Below, piece by piece: positions 8,945 through 18,391 of a stretch of 64,000 nt of DNA; the first letter of the stretch is position 1, and each line of letters opens with the position of its first letter. Position numbers and translations under genes: made by a program. The DNA lies in assembly GCA_030681475.1 (NCBI GenBank), contig JAUXWT010000071.1:33347-97346 (forward strand), given 5' to 3'. Origin of the DNA: Bacteroidales bacterium (GTDB lineage: Bacteria > Bacteroidota > Bacteroidia > Bacteroidales > FEN-979). The notes under the pieces are model-generated. The model made no database searches and was not told the origin of the DNA. It saw only the letters and a list, made by a program, of their open reading frames with translations.

Positions 8945-11900
8945 ATGAAAAATCATTTACTTTTTAGGACAAAAAGACTTTTTAATAAAGCCTTATTGCT
9001 GGGAATTATTTCCACGTTTTTAATGAGCTTTGGGTCATTAACTGCACAGGTTAATTTCACACAAACCCTCAATGCCGATTTCAATAAAGGCGTTCTGAAC
9101 AATGTGATCGTAGCCAGTGATAACATATCCTTGCAATTTGGAGCCAGCGATGTTGGCTCCTGGCTCACAACGACTGTACTTCCGCAGACTTTGGCAGGAC
9201 ACAGGGCAGTTTCGTGGAATGACAAATATGCATACATCGTTGGAGGACACAATGGTACGAACTATATGAATACCGTGTATCTTGCAACTATTCAATCAGG
9301 TGGCATCACCAGTTGGACTGCCCAGAATCCCCTGCCCGTTGCATTACGTGATCCCGCAGTAGTGATCGGGACCAACACGATCTATGTCATGGGCGGACGT
9401 GACGGATCGCAGGTGTACAACACCATTTACTATGCCGCGCTCAATACCAATGGAACAATCGGACCCTGGCAGACTTCAGCAGTTACCCTGCCCGCCAATC
9501 GCTGGGGGCATACGGCTACCTATATGATGGGCTACATCTATGTGATCGGGGGTTCCGGTTCAATGACGGAGAATACTGCGTTGAATACTGTCTATTACAC
9601 AAAGGTCAACGCCTTGAATACTCTGTCGTCCTTTACTGCAGGTACAAACCTCACCACAGCGCGTAACCGTCACAGCGCCGTTACATACAAAAACAAACTG
9701 TATGTACTTGGAGGATATGACAATGCGGGCACGAAATCAAGTGCGGTTTATATCGCCACGCCAGCATTGAACGGATCAACCGGAGCATGGGCAGCTGGAA
9801 CCAGTTTACCGGTGGCCATCAGCAACCATTCGTCTGTTGTTACCAACGGTGTTATTACGGTAATGGCAGGTGCGGTCGGCGCGACATTAAGCAATACCGT
9901 CTATTATGCCAATGGTGATGCCGGGTCTCTTGTTTGGTCAACCTCCGGGAATGTGATGTATGATTTTACCAAAGATGGTTCTGCATTTACAGGAAATGGC
10001 CAGGCTTACTACACAGGTGGTGTAAACCTGTCGGCAACTCCGATTATCAACTGCCGGTATGCGAACATGGTTTTAACAACAAATTATATTGGCACCGGGA
10101 TCTTCGTTTCAGTTCCGTTTTATGAACTTGGTGCCGAAAGATGGATCAACTCTCTTACGTTCAACAAAACCTATACACCTCCTGCAAATTTACAGGTATC
10201 ATACAGAACTGCAGGGAATGATGGAATCTGGGGTGACTGGACCACACTGGTCACAGCCTCGCCCATCACGGTTAATCAGACTAAACAATACCTGCAATAT
10301 GCCCTGGTGATGACCGGGTCAACCACCTTTAATTCGACTTTTCATGACATGACGCTTACGACTCCGGGAACACAGATCTCCGGCAATCTTAATGCAATGA
10401 CTACCTTCACCGCGGTGCTTAGCCCGTATTGGGCAACAGGGGATATTTCATTTACAGCCGGCACCCATACTTTCGAGGCAGGCACAACAATCCTGTTCCT
10501 GCCAGAGACCGGGCTGACAGTAGGCCAGGCTAATGTGATCTGCAACGGAACGGTTACCGACTCCGTGAAATTCCTCTCCTATACCAATGAAACCGGGCAG
10601 TGGGACGGGATTTACTTTGATCCTAACAGCGACAACGGAGTTTCATCACAATTCTACTACACAGTGATCGCCAACGCGGGATTTGGCGCCAACAATGCGA
10701 ACTTATATTGCAACTCAACAAATGAGCCCCTGCTTTCGCGTTGCAGTATCCGGAATGCCGATGGAAACGGCATCCGGCTGAACTCAGCGCACATCAGCAT
10801 TCAGAACTCTGTTCTCAGGGGTAACTCAGAGAATGGTCTTTACCTGAATCTTTCCAATCCAACGCTGGTTTCTTCGGCGATGTCGTACAACGGCGAGGCA
10901 GGGGTTTACCTGACAGCGTCAACCTCGGTTCCTAATTTCAGCAGCGGAAGTTCCACGATCGACCATAACCTATATGGATTACATTATCCCTCTCCCAACC
11001 TGACGTTTGATCAACCCAGCGGTTCACCGACAATCACCTTAAACACATATAACGGCATTGCAATTGATGGCGGTGATATCTCTTCAGACCAGCACTGGAA
11101 TTCGATTCCTTATGATTACATTTTATTGGGGACTGTCAGGGTTGGTCAATATGCTGGTGCATGCCGGTTAACTATCGAACCGGGGAATACGATTAAATCA
11201 CTGGCCGGGGTTCAGCTACAGATCGGAATTGCATCGTCGTACGGTGGTGAATTGTATGCACTCGGATCAGCAGGAAACCAGATCACCTTTACTTCACATA
11301 ATGGACTTGCCGGCGGCTGGGGGGGGATCTATTTTACCGATTGGAGTGATAACTGGGGAGGACATTCCCAACTGGATTATTGTATCATCGAAAAAGGGAA
11401 TGACTACAACTATTTATCGGTGAATACCGTGCAACCCGACCTGATCAACAATACGATCATACGTAATGCTGTGCTTGACGGGGCAAGATATAACAATGCA
11501 TCCGGCAGTATAACCAATTGCCAGTTTCTTACAAACGGCAGGTACCCGCTTTATTTCATGAATCCAGAAGCCAACCCGGTACACACCGGAAATATCTATA
11601 CCGGGAATGGGATCAACCGGATCACCCTTTCTGGCGGGACATATTCTTTTGACCGCACTTATAACTATGAAGTTATACCATATTATGTACTGGACGATAT
11701 AATAATGGCAAAGTACGCATCGACATGCAGGTTAACACTTGCCCCCTCGGTAGCCATGGAATTTGCCCCGGGCAAGAAATTACAATTAGGTTCCACGAGT
11801 TCCTACGGTGGTGAAATATATGCCGTTGGTACAGCATCTGAAAGGATCTTCCTCAGGGCTTACAACCTATTAAACGGAGGCTGGGAGGGGATCCATTTTA

Positions 11901-14110
11901 CAACCTGGAATGATAACTGGGGTGGTGTATCAACCATGGAGTACGTTACCATCAACCATGGGAATGCCCAGGATATTCTCATTGAGGGATCTTCGCAACC
12001 AACTTTGAATTATTGTAACATACAAAAATCGGCAGGTCATGGTATTGTATTATACCAGTCAAATCCAACTATTACGAATTGTATTTTTACCCAAATAGCT
12101 CAATATCCGATTAAATTCAAAGACTGGACCTGCAATGCCTACCTTAGAAATAATTCTTATACCTCAAACGGGCTCAACTATATAGCCATGTCGGGAGGCA
12201 GTTACGATGCAAACCGTACTGTGTACTTCGATAATATCCCTTATCATGTGCTTGGCGATATCGTTATGGCGCTATACGCCAACCATGCCCGGTTAACCGT
12301 GCAACCAGGTGTCACCATGACCTTTGATCCGGGAGTTAAATTGCAGCTCGGATGGCCAACTTCATATGGCGGAGATCTTTGGGCGGAAGGGAAGTCTGAC
12401 AGCCTTATCACTTTCAAGCCATATAACAATACTGCCGGAGGATGGGCCGGAATTTATTTCAATACGTACAATGATAACTGGAGCGGGACCTCGTCAATGA
12501 AGTATTGCGTGGTAGAAAAAGGTGCAGACTATAATATGAGATGTGAAAACTCTGCCCAGCCGACAATCGACCACAGCACCTTTACCCAATCAACTGGCAA
12601 TGGCTTGAACCTTTCAAGTTCCAGCCTGACGATCATGAATTCAGATTTTACAAATAATACCACGAATGGTATTTTTCTGGAGGGAACAGGAACAAACACA
12701 ATTGGCAATACCGCTGCATTTACTTGTAACTTTTACAACAATGGAACTTATGCGTTGTATAATAATTCAACATCCATTGTCAATGCAAGGTATAATTACT
12801 GGGGAACAGGAGATTCAACCATGGTCGGGTTCAAAATATATGACAAATCGGACAATTCTGCCAAAGGCAAGGTCAATTTCAGCCCATTTGCACAGGTTCC
12901 GTCTTTGTTTACAACCAATACGGTAATGAGTGGTACCGTGAAATATGCAAATATCGCGGCCAGCCCGATGAAAAACGCATCCATGGTGATCAAGGATTTC
13001 AGCAATACTACCATTACTTCTACAACATCAAACACCTCAGGCGTATATGCTTTCCCGTCATTCCCTTCCGGAAATTACACCATGACAATTACTCCGGTAT
13101 CACCATCACCTCCATGGGCGCCATGCAACTCAACGGATGCCCTGGCGATCCTGAACCATTTTGCCCAGATCGCACCACTTGCCGGGATAAATCTCGCCGG
13201 AGCCGATGTCAACTTCAGTCATACAATTAACGGGACCGACGCCCTGTTTGTCATGAAACGATATACCTTCATGATCCCCACTTTCCCTGCAGGAGATTAC
13301 CTGCACCACACCAGCGCCTTGACCGTGAACGGGAGTAATGTGACAAATACGCTGCAAATGCTCGCTTTTGGCGATGTAAATGCATCTTTTGTACCAGCGA
13401 AAAAGAGCGGAAATTCTGTCGGACTGGTTCATGAGGGCTCGCTTCTTGTTGAATCCTATGCGGAATTTGATTTCCCGGTCAGGTTAAAATCTGCCATGCA
13501 GGTTGGCGCCATTTCACTCGGATTTTATTACCCTGAGCAATATCTTGAAATCACCGGAGCCCAATTGGCCAATGGCGTCGGCGGGTTCTCCTGGACTGCA
13601 ATCGATGGGTTGTTCCGGATGGGGTGGTGTGACATGAGCCCTCTTAACATCAATGATGATGAAATTGTGGTTATCCTGAAGATGAAGGCCAAAGATCTGT
13701 CTGGCCTTGTAACAGGCATCGCGCTGGATATTTTCGAGTATTCGGAGTTTGCCGATGCACTCGCAACACCCAATGACCTGGAGATCGTTTCGATCCCCAC
13801 AATCAACACCACGATTACCGGAATCAGTCCGGCAAAAGGCTTTGACGGGTTGTCTGTGTATCCCAATCCGGTATCGCAAAATTCAGTGATAGCGTTTTCA
13901 CTTGAAAACCCTGCAACAGTTCGGATTTCATTGCTGAATGTCGTCGGAACCCAAATCATGGAAATTGCCAACAGCGAGTTTTCATCCGGCAACCATAGAA
14001 TAGGATTGAAGGCTGCAAGTCTTAAAGAAGGTATTTATTTATTAAAAATCGAGCGCACAAGCAACGGACAAACCATATCCGGCATGATCAAGTTAGTAGT
14101 ATCTCACTAA
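8945..14110 (+). CDS. 1721-aa secreted multidomain protein: Kelch repeats, parallel beta-helix modules, CarboxypepD_reg-like, dockerin-like, cohesin-like, T9SS CTD
   Basis: It has a signal peptide and Kelch-type repeats (YIVGGHNG, IYVMGGRDG, IYVIGGSGS, LYVLGGYDNAG). PbH1-like repeats follow (NGIRLNSAHISIQNSVLRGNSENGLYL), then three ~188-aa modules. A YNYWGTGDS...GKVNFSPF motif and a CarboxypepD_reg-like segment (SGTVKY...GVYAFPSFPSGNYTMTI) come next. A degenerate dockerin-like segment (NSTDALAILNHF...ADVNFSHTINGTDALFVMKRY) precedes a cohesin-like segment (FDFPVRLKSAMQVGAISLGFYYPEQYLEI). The T9SS CTD is LSVYPNPVSQNSVIAF...GIYLLKI. Confidence 0.7.
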   Translation: MKNHLLFRTKRLFNKALLLGIISTFLMSFGSLTAQVNFTQTLNADFNKGVLNNVIVASDNISLQFGASDVGSWLTTTVLPQTLAGHRAVSWNDKYAYIVGGHNGTNYMNTVYLATIQSGGITSWTAQNPLPVALRDPAVVIGTNTIYVMGGRDGSQVYNTIYYAALNTNGTIGPWQTSAVTLPANRWGHTATYMMGYIYVIGGSGSMTENTALNTVYYTKVNALNTLSSFTAGTNLTTARNRHSAVTYKNKLYVLGGYDNAGTKSSAVYIATPALNGSTGAWAAGTSLPVAISNHSSVVTNGVITVMAGAVGATLSNTVYYANGDAGSLVWSTSGNVMYDFTKDGSAFTGNGQAYYTGGVNLSATPIINCRYANMVLTTNYIGTGIFVSVPFYELGAERWINSLTFNKTYTPPANLQVSYRTAGNDGIWGDWTTLVTASPITVNQTKQYLQYALVMTGSTTFNSTFHDMTLTTPGTQISGNLNAMTTFTAVLSPYWATGDISFTAGTHTFEAGTTILFLPETGLTVGQANVICNGTVTDSVKFLSYTNETGQWDGIYFDPNSDNGVSSQFYYTVIANAGFGANNANLYCNSTNEPLLSRCSIRNADGNGIRLNSAHISIQNSVLRGNSENGLYLNLSNPTLVSSAMSYNGEAGVYLTASTSVPNFSSGSSTIDHNLYGLHYPSPNLTFDQPSGSPTITLNTYNGIAIDGGDISSDQHWNSIPYDYILLGTVRVGQYAGACRLTIEPGNTIKSLAGVQLQIGIASSYGGELYALGSAGNQITFTSHNGLAGGWGGIYFTDWSDNWGGHSQLDYCIIEKGNDYNYLSVNTVQPDLINNTIIRNAVLDGARYNNASGSITNCQFLTNGRYPLYFMNPEANPVHTGNIYTGNGINRITLSGGTYSFDRTYNYEVIPYYVLDDIIMAKYASTCRLTLAPSVAMEFAPGKKLQLGSTSSYGGEIYAVGTASERIFLRAYNLLNGGWEGIHFTTWNDNWGGVSTMEYVTINHGNAQDILIEGSSQPTLNYCNIQKSAGHGIVLYQSNPTITNCIFTQIAQYPIKFKDWTCNAYLRNNSYTSNGLNYIAMSGGSYDANRTVYFDNIPYHVLGDIVMALYANHARLTVQPGVTMTFDPGVKLQLGWPTSYGGDLWAEGKSDSLITFKPYNNTAGGWAGIYFNTYNDNWSGTSSMKYCVVEKGADYNMRCENSAQPTIDHSTFTQSTGNGLNLSSSSLTIMNSDFTNNTTNGIFLEGTGTNTIGNTAAFTCNFYNNGTYALYNNSTSIVNARYNYWGTGDSTMVGFKIYDKSDNSAKGKVNFSPFAQVPSLFTTNTVMSGTVKYANIAASPMKNASMVIKDFSNTTITSTTSNTSGVYAFPSFPSGNYTMTITPVSPSPPWAPCNSTDALAILNHFAQIAPLAGINLAGADVNFSHTINGTDALFVMKRYTFMIPTFPAGDYLHHTSALTVNGSNVTNTLQMLAFGDVNASFVPAKKSGNSVGLVHEGSLLVESYAEFDFPVRLKSAMQVGAISLGFYYPEQYLEITGAQLANGVGGFSWTAIDGLFRMGWCDMSPLNINDDEIVVILKMKAKDLSGLVTGIALDIFEYSEFADALATPNDLEIVSIPTINTTITGISPAKGFDGLSVYPNPVSQNSVIAFSLENPATVRISLLNVVGTQIMEIANSEFSSGNHRIGLKAASLKEGIYLLKIERTSNGQTISGMIKLVVSH
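11040..12700. repeat. three tandem ~565-bp intragenic modules (beta-helix cap units)
   Basis: The recurring protein pattern is G(G/T)Y...IPY.(V/I)L.D....(A/Y)...RLT(I/L/V).PG......G..LQ(I/L)G...SYGG(E/D)(L/I)(Y/W)A.G......F....N...GGW.GI(Y/H)F....DNW(G/S)G.S...YC(I/V).EKG. Landmarks fall at about 11053, 11607 and 12173. The boundaries are approximate. Confidence 0.55.
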
Positions 14111-14123
14111 AAATCTCTGCACT

Positions 14124-17100
14124 ATGAAGACACTGATTTTAAAAATACTACCACTGTTGTTCCTGATCGTTTGGCCGGGTATCCTGATGTCCCAAACGAT
14201 CACGACAACGGCCGGCTCCGTAACAAGTTGTCCCGGTCAGATCGTGGTCCCGGTCAACGTGACCGATTGTAACGGGATCGGAGCGATCTCGCTGATTCTG
14301 AATTTTGATGACACAAAGTTGATATACAATGGTTATCAAAATCTGAACAGCGCTCTGACTGTCGGATTGCTGATCATCAATTCTGTAGCAAACAAGGTGG
14401 TCATCAGTTGGGCCAACACCACCGCGGCGAACCTTGGCAACAGTACCATGGTTGAACTGAAATTCAACGCGGCGCCGAGTACGACAAGCCTGGCCTGGGA
14501 CCTGACACCCGGAAACTGTGAGTACAGCGATGTATTGGGCAACGTCCTTCTTGCCACTTTTACAAATGGTACAGCAACAATAAATTCACCGCCGGAGATA
14601 AACATTCAGCCTGTCGATAAAACCGCACTGGTCGGGCAGAATACATCTTTTACCGTTTCGGCAACAGGAACAGGGTTAGCGTACCTGTGGCAGATCAGTA
14701 CCAACGGAGGGGCAAACTGGAGCGATCTGACAAACGGAGCACCCTATTCCGGGGTAACCTCTCCCACTCTGACCATTACAAACGTTCTGTTCGCCTACAA
14801 CGGCTATCAATACCGTTGCAGGCTTACGGGCACTTGTACGCCGGTAATTTATACCAACGAGGTCACGCTGTCAGTCATCGATCCGATTACGACAACATTA
14901 CCGACAGCAAGTTTCTGTCCGGGAAATATCATCGTTCCTGTAACGGTGACAAATTTCACCGGGGTTGCCACTTTTTCATTGACCTTTTCCTACAATACGT
15001 CCTGCTTGAACTACAACGGTTTTCAAAATTTGAATGGAACACTTTCAGGAGGTACGTTTGTGGCCAATGCAGCAGACGGCAAGGTGTATATGACCTGGTC
15101 ATCCACCACCCCGGTCACTTTTGGAGACGGGACACTGGTGGAGCTCCAGTTTGCTGCAACCACGGGAACAAGCAGCCTGGTGTGGGATGTGGCAACTGCC
15201 GGCAACTGTGAATACTCAGCCCTGAGCGGGTCAAGCATCACGGCTGTCTTTGTCAACGGGAATGAGACCATATACGGACTGCCGGCTGTTACCGCGCACC
15301 CGTTAAATAAAATCATAGCAAAGGGACAGAACACCACTTTCAGCATATCAGCTACCGGATCTGGACTTACCTATTTATGGCAGGTTAGTACAAATGGCGG
15401 TGCAAATTTCAATGATCTGGCGAACGGAGGATATTACTCAGGTGTAACTTCAACAACGCTGACCATTACCAGCGCACAACTTGTATTAAGCGGAAACCAG
15501 TATCGGTGCAGGGTAATAGGCACCTGTTCGCCCGTTGCTTTTTCTAACCCGGGGGTACTGATAGTTTTACCTAATGTTATTACCACATGTGGCACAGTTA
15601 CAGGTTGTCCGGGGCAAAGCATCATCCCGGTCAATGTAACCGATTTTATCGGCGTCGCCTCCTTTTCCATGACCTTGAACTACAACCCCTCCGTCTTGAC
15701 CTATGCCGGATACCAGCTCTTTAACGCAGCGCTATCTGGAGGAAGTTTTGCCATCAATGCATCAGGGGGAAAGATTTACCTGACATGGTCAAGTACAACA
15801 GCGGTCACCCTTACCACCGGGGCATTGCTCATAGAGTTGAAGTTTGATGGTGTTTCTGGGTCAAGCCCCTTGACCTGGGATACACCGACTCCCGGTAACT
15901 GCGAATATAGTGACCTCAACGGACAGGTAATCTTTTCAACATGGAACAACGGGAATGTAACCATCAACGTATCGCCTGTAATTATTACACATCCTGCAAA
16001 TAAGACCATTTATGCCTCAGGCAGTACCTCGTTTTCGGTTACAGCAACCGGTACCGGACTCGGATATTTGTGGCAGGTAAGTACCGATGGAGGTACAAAC
16101 TGGATGAACCTCACAAATTCATCACCATACTCAGGTGTAACTACCTCCACATTAACCATAAACCCTGCTTCAACTGGTATGAATGGCTACCAATACCGTT
16201 GTAAAGTTTCAGGTAATTGTTCGTTGTATATTTCAACAAACCTTTTACTGCAAGATGATACAGTAGCCAACGGACAGACGTATTGCTACAACGCGACTCA
16301 GGCCATTACGGTTGCCGGTAACGGAACCAAATTTATTGTTCAGAATGGTGGCAGTGCCTCCATGGTCGCCGGACAAAAAATCAGTTATCTGCCCGGAACC
16401 ATTGTTAATTCAGGCGGATATATGCATGGATCCATCACAACGACAGGACAGTATTGCATTGCGCAACCACTTATATCTAATTCTGCCCAACTGGTTGTGA
16501 CACAGGTGCCAGTAACCACCTCATCCGGTACAATAACGAATTCCTGCACCGGGAATCTGATTATTCCGGTCAGCGTGTCGAACTGTCTGAATGTCGGAAG
16601 TATATCCCTGACAATGATCTTTGATACCACGAAGATGACTTTTGAAGGGTACCAGGGGGTCAACACTGAACTTTCAGGCGGATTTCTGGTTGTCAATCGT
16701 GCGAGTAACAGGGTAATATTGTCATGGGCATCAACAACGGCCGCCAACGTCGGATCCGGAGTCTTGATTCAATACAGGTTTAAAGCCAACTCAGGAATTT
16801 CGTCAACCATATCCTGGGACACGCAAACCGCGGGGGCTTGTGAATATGCTGACATCAACGGGACTGTCATCACATCATTTTACAACACCAGTAACATCAC
16901 GATCCTTACAAATGCGCTGATCGTTAATGCCGGTTCGGATTTGATCAAGACAGGAAGCCCTGTTCAACTCAACGGCTCCGCAACCGGAGCAACGACGCCA
17001 TACACCTGGTTATGGTCACCGGCAGGGTCTTTAAATAACCCGGCAATACCAAATCCGATGGCCTCACCTGTGGTAACCACCGCGTACACGTTGACTGTAA

Positions 17101-17687
17101 CTGCCAACAATGGCTGTGTTGGTACCGATGTGATGAATGTCATGGTGGATGAGGTTCCCACAAACCTGGTACTTCAGGATATCACGATTCCCAATGGAGT
17201 CAGTAACTGTTACAATGCTTTACAGACCATTAACGTTGCTGGCGGCGGAACAATTTTCATTGTTGAAAATGGAGGCAGCGCAGTTATGATCGCAGGGCTT
17301 AAAATTAATTATCTTCCCGGAACAAAGGTTTACCCGGGCGGATACCTTCATGGATACATCACCACAACCGGAGATTATTGCAATACACTCCTTGCCCCTG
17401 AGATCCTGACCATTGAGGAAAATTCTCATGCTCCCACGGATGGGACCATATTCAGGATTTACCCAAACCCGACTACCGGCCAGTTCAATATTGTACTGAA
17501 AGAGAACGATTTACCCGGAAATGTCTATGTTACGGTGTATGGTTCCAGAGGTGAAATAATACTTAGTGATGTCATGATGCGTGATCTTCACAAAGGATTC
17601 TCACTTTCCGGCCAACCGTCAGGGCTGTATTTTGTAAGGGTTGTTAGCGGGAATAAGGGTTTTACAGGAAAACTGATCAAACAGTAA
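14124..17687 (+). CDS. 1187-aa scaffoldin-like secreted protein: 4 cohesin-like modules interleaved with 3 Ig-like modules, 2 copies of a novel ~70-aa module, T9SS CTD
   Basis: It has a signal peptide. The cohesin-like core CPGQ.(I/V).(V/I)PV.V(T/S)(D/N)(C/F)..(I/V)(G/A).(I/F)S(L/M) occurs 4 times. Three Ig-like modules match P..K....GQNT.F.(V/I)SATG.GL.YLWQ(I/V)ST(N/D)GG.N...L.N...YSGVT..TLTI....L..NGYQYRC. The duplicated module is LQD.T(V/I).NG...CYNA.Q.I.VAG.GT.FIV.NGGSA.M(V/I)AG.KI.YLPGT.V..GGY.HG.ITTTG.YC. The CTD is FRIYPNPTTGQFNIVL...GLYFVRVV. Confidence 0.7.
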   Translation: MKTLILKILPLLFLIVWPGILMSQTITTTAGSVTSCPGQIVVPVNVTDCNGIGAISLILNFDDTKLIYNGYQNLNSALTVGLLIINSVANKVVISWANTTAANLGNSTMVELKFNAAPSTTSLAWDLTPGNCEYSDVLGNVLLATFTNGTATINSPPEINIQPVDKTALVGQNTSFTVSATGTGLAYLWQISTNGGANWSDLTNGAPYSGVTSPTLTITNVLFAYNGYQYRCRLTGTCTPVIYTNEVTLSVIDPITTTLPTASFCPGNIIVPVTVTNFTGVATFSLTFSYNTSCLNYNGFQNLNGTLSGGTFVANAADGKVYMTWSSTTPVTFGDGTLVELQFAATTGTSSLVWDVATAGNCEYSALSGSSITAVFVNGNETIYGLPAVTAHPLNKIIAKGQNTTFSISATGSGLTYLWQVSTNGGANFNDLANGGYYSGVTSTTLTITSAQLVLSGNQYRCRVIGTCSPVAFSNPGVLIVLPNVITTCGTVTGCPGQSIIPVNVTDFIGVASFSMTLNYNPSVLTYAGYQLFNAALSGGSFAINASGGKIYLTWSSTTAVTLTTGALLIELKFDGVSGSSPLTWDTPTPGNCEYSDLNGQVIFSTWNNGNVTINVSPVIITHPANKTIYASGSTSFSVTATGTGLGYLWQVSTDGGTNWMNLTNSSPYSGVTTSTLTINPASTGMNGYQYRCKVSGNCSLYISTNLLLQDDTVANGQTYCYNATQAITVAGNGTKFIVQNGGSASMVAGQKISYLPGTIVNSGGYMHGSITTTGQYCIAQPLISNSAQLVVTQVPVTTSSGTITNSCTGNLIIPVSVSNCLNVGSISLTMIFDTTKMTFEGYQGVNTELSGGFLVVNRASNRVILSWASTTAANVGSGVLIQYRFKANSGISSTISWDTQTAGACEYADINGTVITSFYNTSNITILTNALIVNAGSDLIKTGSPVQLNGSATGATTPYTWLWSPAGSLNNPAIPNPMASPVVTTAYTLTVTANNGCVGTDVMNVMVDEVPTNLVLQDITIPNGVSNCYNALQTINVAGGGTIFIVENGGSAVMIAGLKINYLPGTKVYPGGYLHGYITTTGDYCNTLLAPEILTIEENSHAPTDGTIFRIYPNPTTGQFNIVLKENDLPGNVYVTVYGSRGEIILSDVMMRDLHKGFSLSGQPSGLYFVRVVSGNKGFTGKLIKQ
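14190..16240. repeat. three tandem ~690-bp cohesin-like + Ig-like units
   Basis: The conserved PV(N/T)VT(D/N) codons recur at about 14250, 14940 and 15625. A fourth cohesin-like copy sits at about 16570 after an insertion. The copies are diverged at DNA level and conserved at protein level. Confidence 0.65.
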
Positions 17688-17735
17688 GGGTATTGGATTG
17701 AGCCTGTTAGGCAAGTAGTATATTTTATACAGGAT

Positions 17736-18209
17736 TTAATAGAGGGTTTTGTCCGTTTTTTCGGTCCACTCTTTAAACAGTTCAAGTGCCAACGGGTTAT
17801 CAATCTGCCGGAAACTGATTTTTCTTTGTTCCGGAAGAAGGTTCAATTCTTCGTAGATGTGATAGTCTTTAAATCCAATTGATGCGGCATCGTGGCGTGT
17901 TGAACAATAATAAACCGACTGTATGTTAGCCCAATAAATTGCAGAAAGACACATTGGGCAAGGTTCGCAGGTTGCATATAGGATGGCTCCGGTGAGGTCG
18001 AAATTCCCGATTTTCCGGCATGCCTCCCTGATGGCGACGATTTCGGCATGTGCAGTCGGATCATTCTGCGAACTGACCTGGTTTCCACCTTTCCCAATGA
18101 CTTTTCCATTCATCACGACAATGGCGCCAAAGGGTCCGCCAACATTGTTCCTAACTGTATAAAAAGCTTCATTGAATGCTTCGTTCAGGTAATTGTCAAC
18201 AACTTCCAT
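17736..18209 (-). CDS. guaD: guanine deaminase, cytidine-deaminase-fold type (B. subtilis GuaD-like)
   Basis: At 157 aa it is close to the ~156-aa B. subtilis GuaD. GGPFGAIVV..GK(V/I)IG.G.N.V....DPTAHAEI.AIREAC and the zinc motif CEPCPMCLSAIYWA, plus the C-terminal E..KTDKTLY tail, closely resemble GuaD as I recall it. It lies next to the purine-catabolic genes. Confidence 0.8.
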   Translation of the reverse strand: MEVVDNYLNEAFNEAFYTVRNNVGGPFGAIVVMNGKVIGKGGNQVSSQNDPTAHAEIVAIREACRKIGNFDLTGAILYATCEPCPMCLSAIYWANIQSVYYCSTRHDAASIGFKDYHIYEELNLLPEQRKISFRQIDNPLALELFKEWTEKTDKTLY

Positions 18210-18258
18210 CTCTGGTTTATTTATTAGATCATCATATTTTACATGGCCTTATCGGTTA

Positions 18259-18266
18259 CAAATTTA
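18259..18266 (-). promoter_or_regulatory. candidate -7 box TAAATTTG for guaD
   Basis: The minus-strand sequence gtTAAATTTGtaacc matches TAnnTTTG about 50 nt upstream of the guaD ATG (18209). Confidence 0.3.
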
Positions 18267-18351
18267 ACAGGTAAAATGGCTTGAAATACATTTCATGCAT
18301 GATCTTCCTCCTTTTTTGACATTTTCAGGGGCAATTCTCATGCTTTATCTC

Positions 18352-18359
18352 TAATTTTG
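18352..18359 (+). promoter_or_regulatory. candidate -7 box TAATTTTG for the ygfK operon
   Basis: It matches TAnnTTTG 33 nt upstream of the GTG start at 18392, in the divergent guaD/ygfK spacer. Confidence 0.3.
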
Positions 18360-18391
18360 GGGGCAGTATATTCACCTGAATTAATAAAAAA

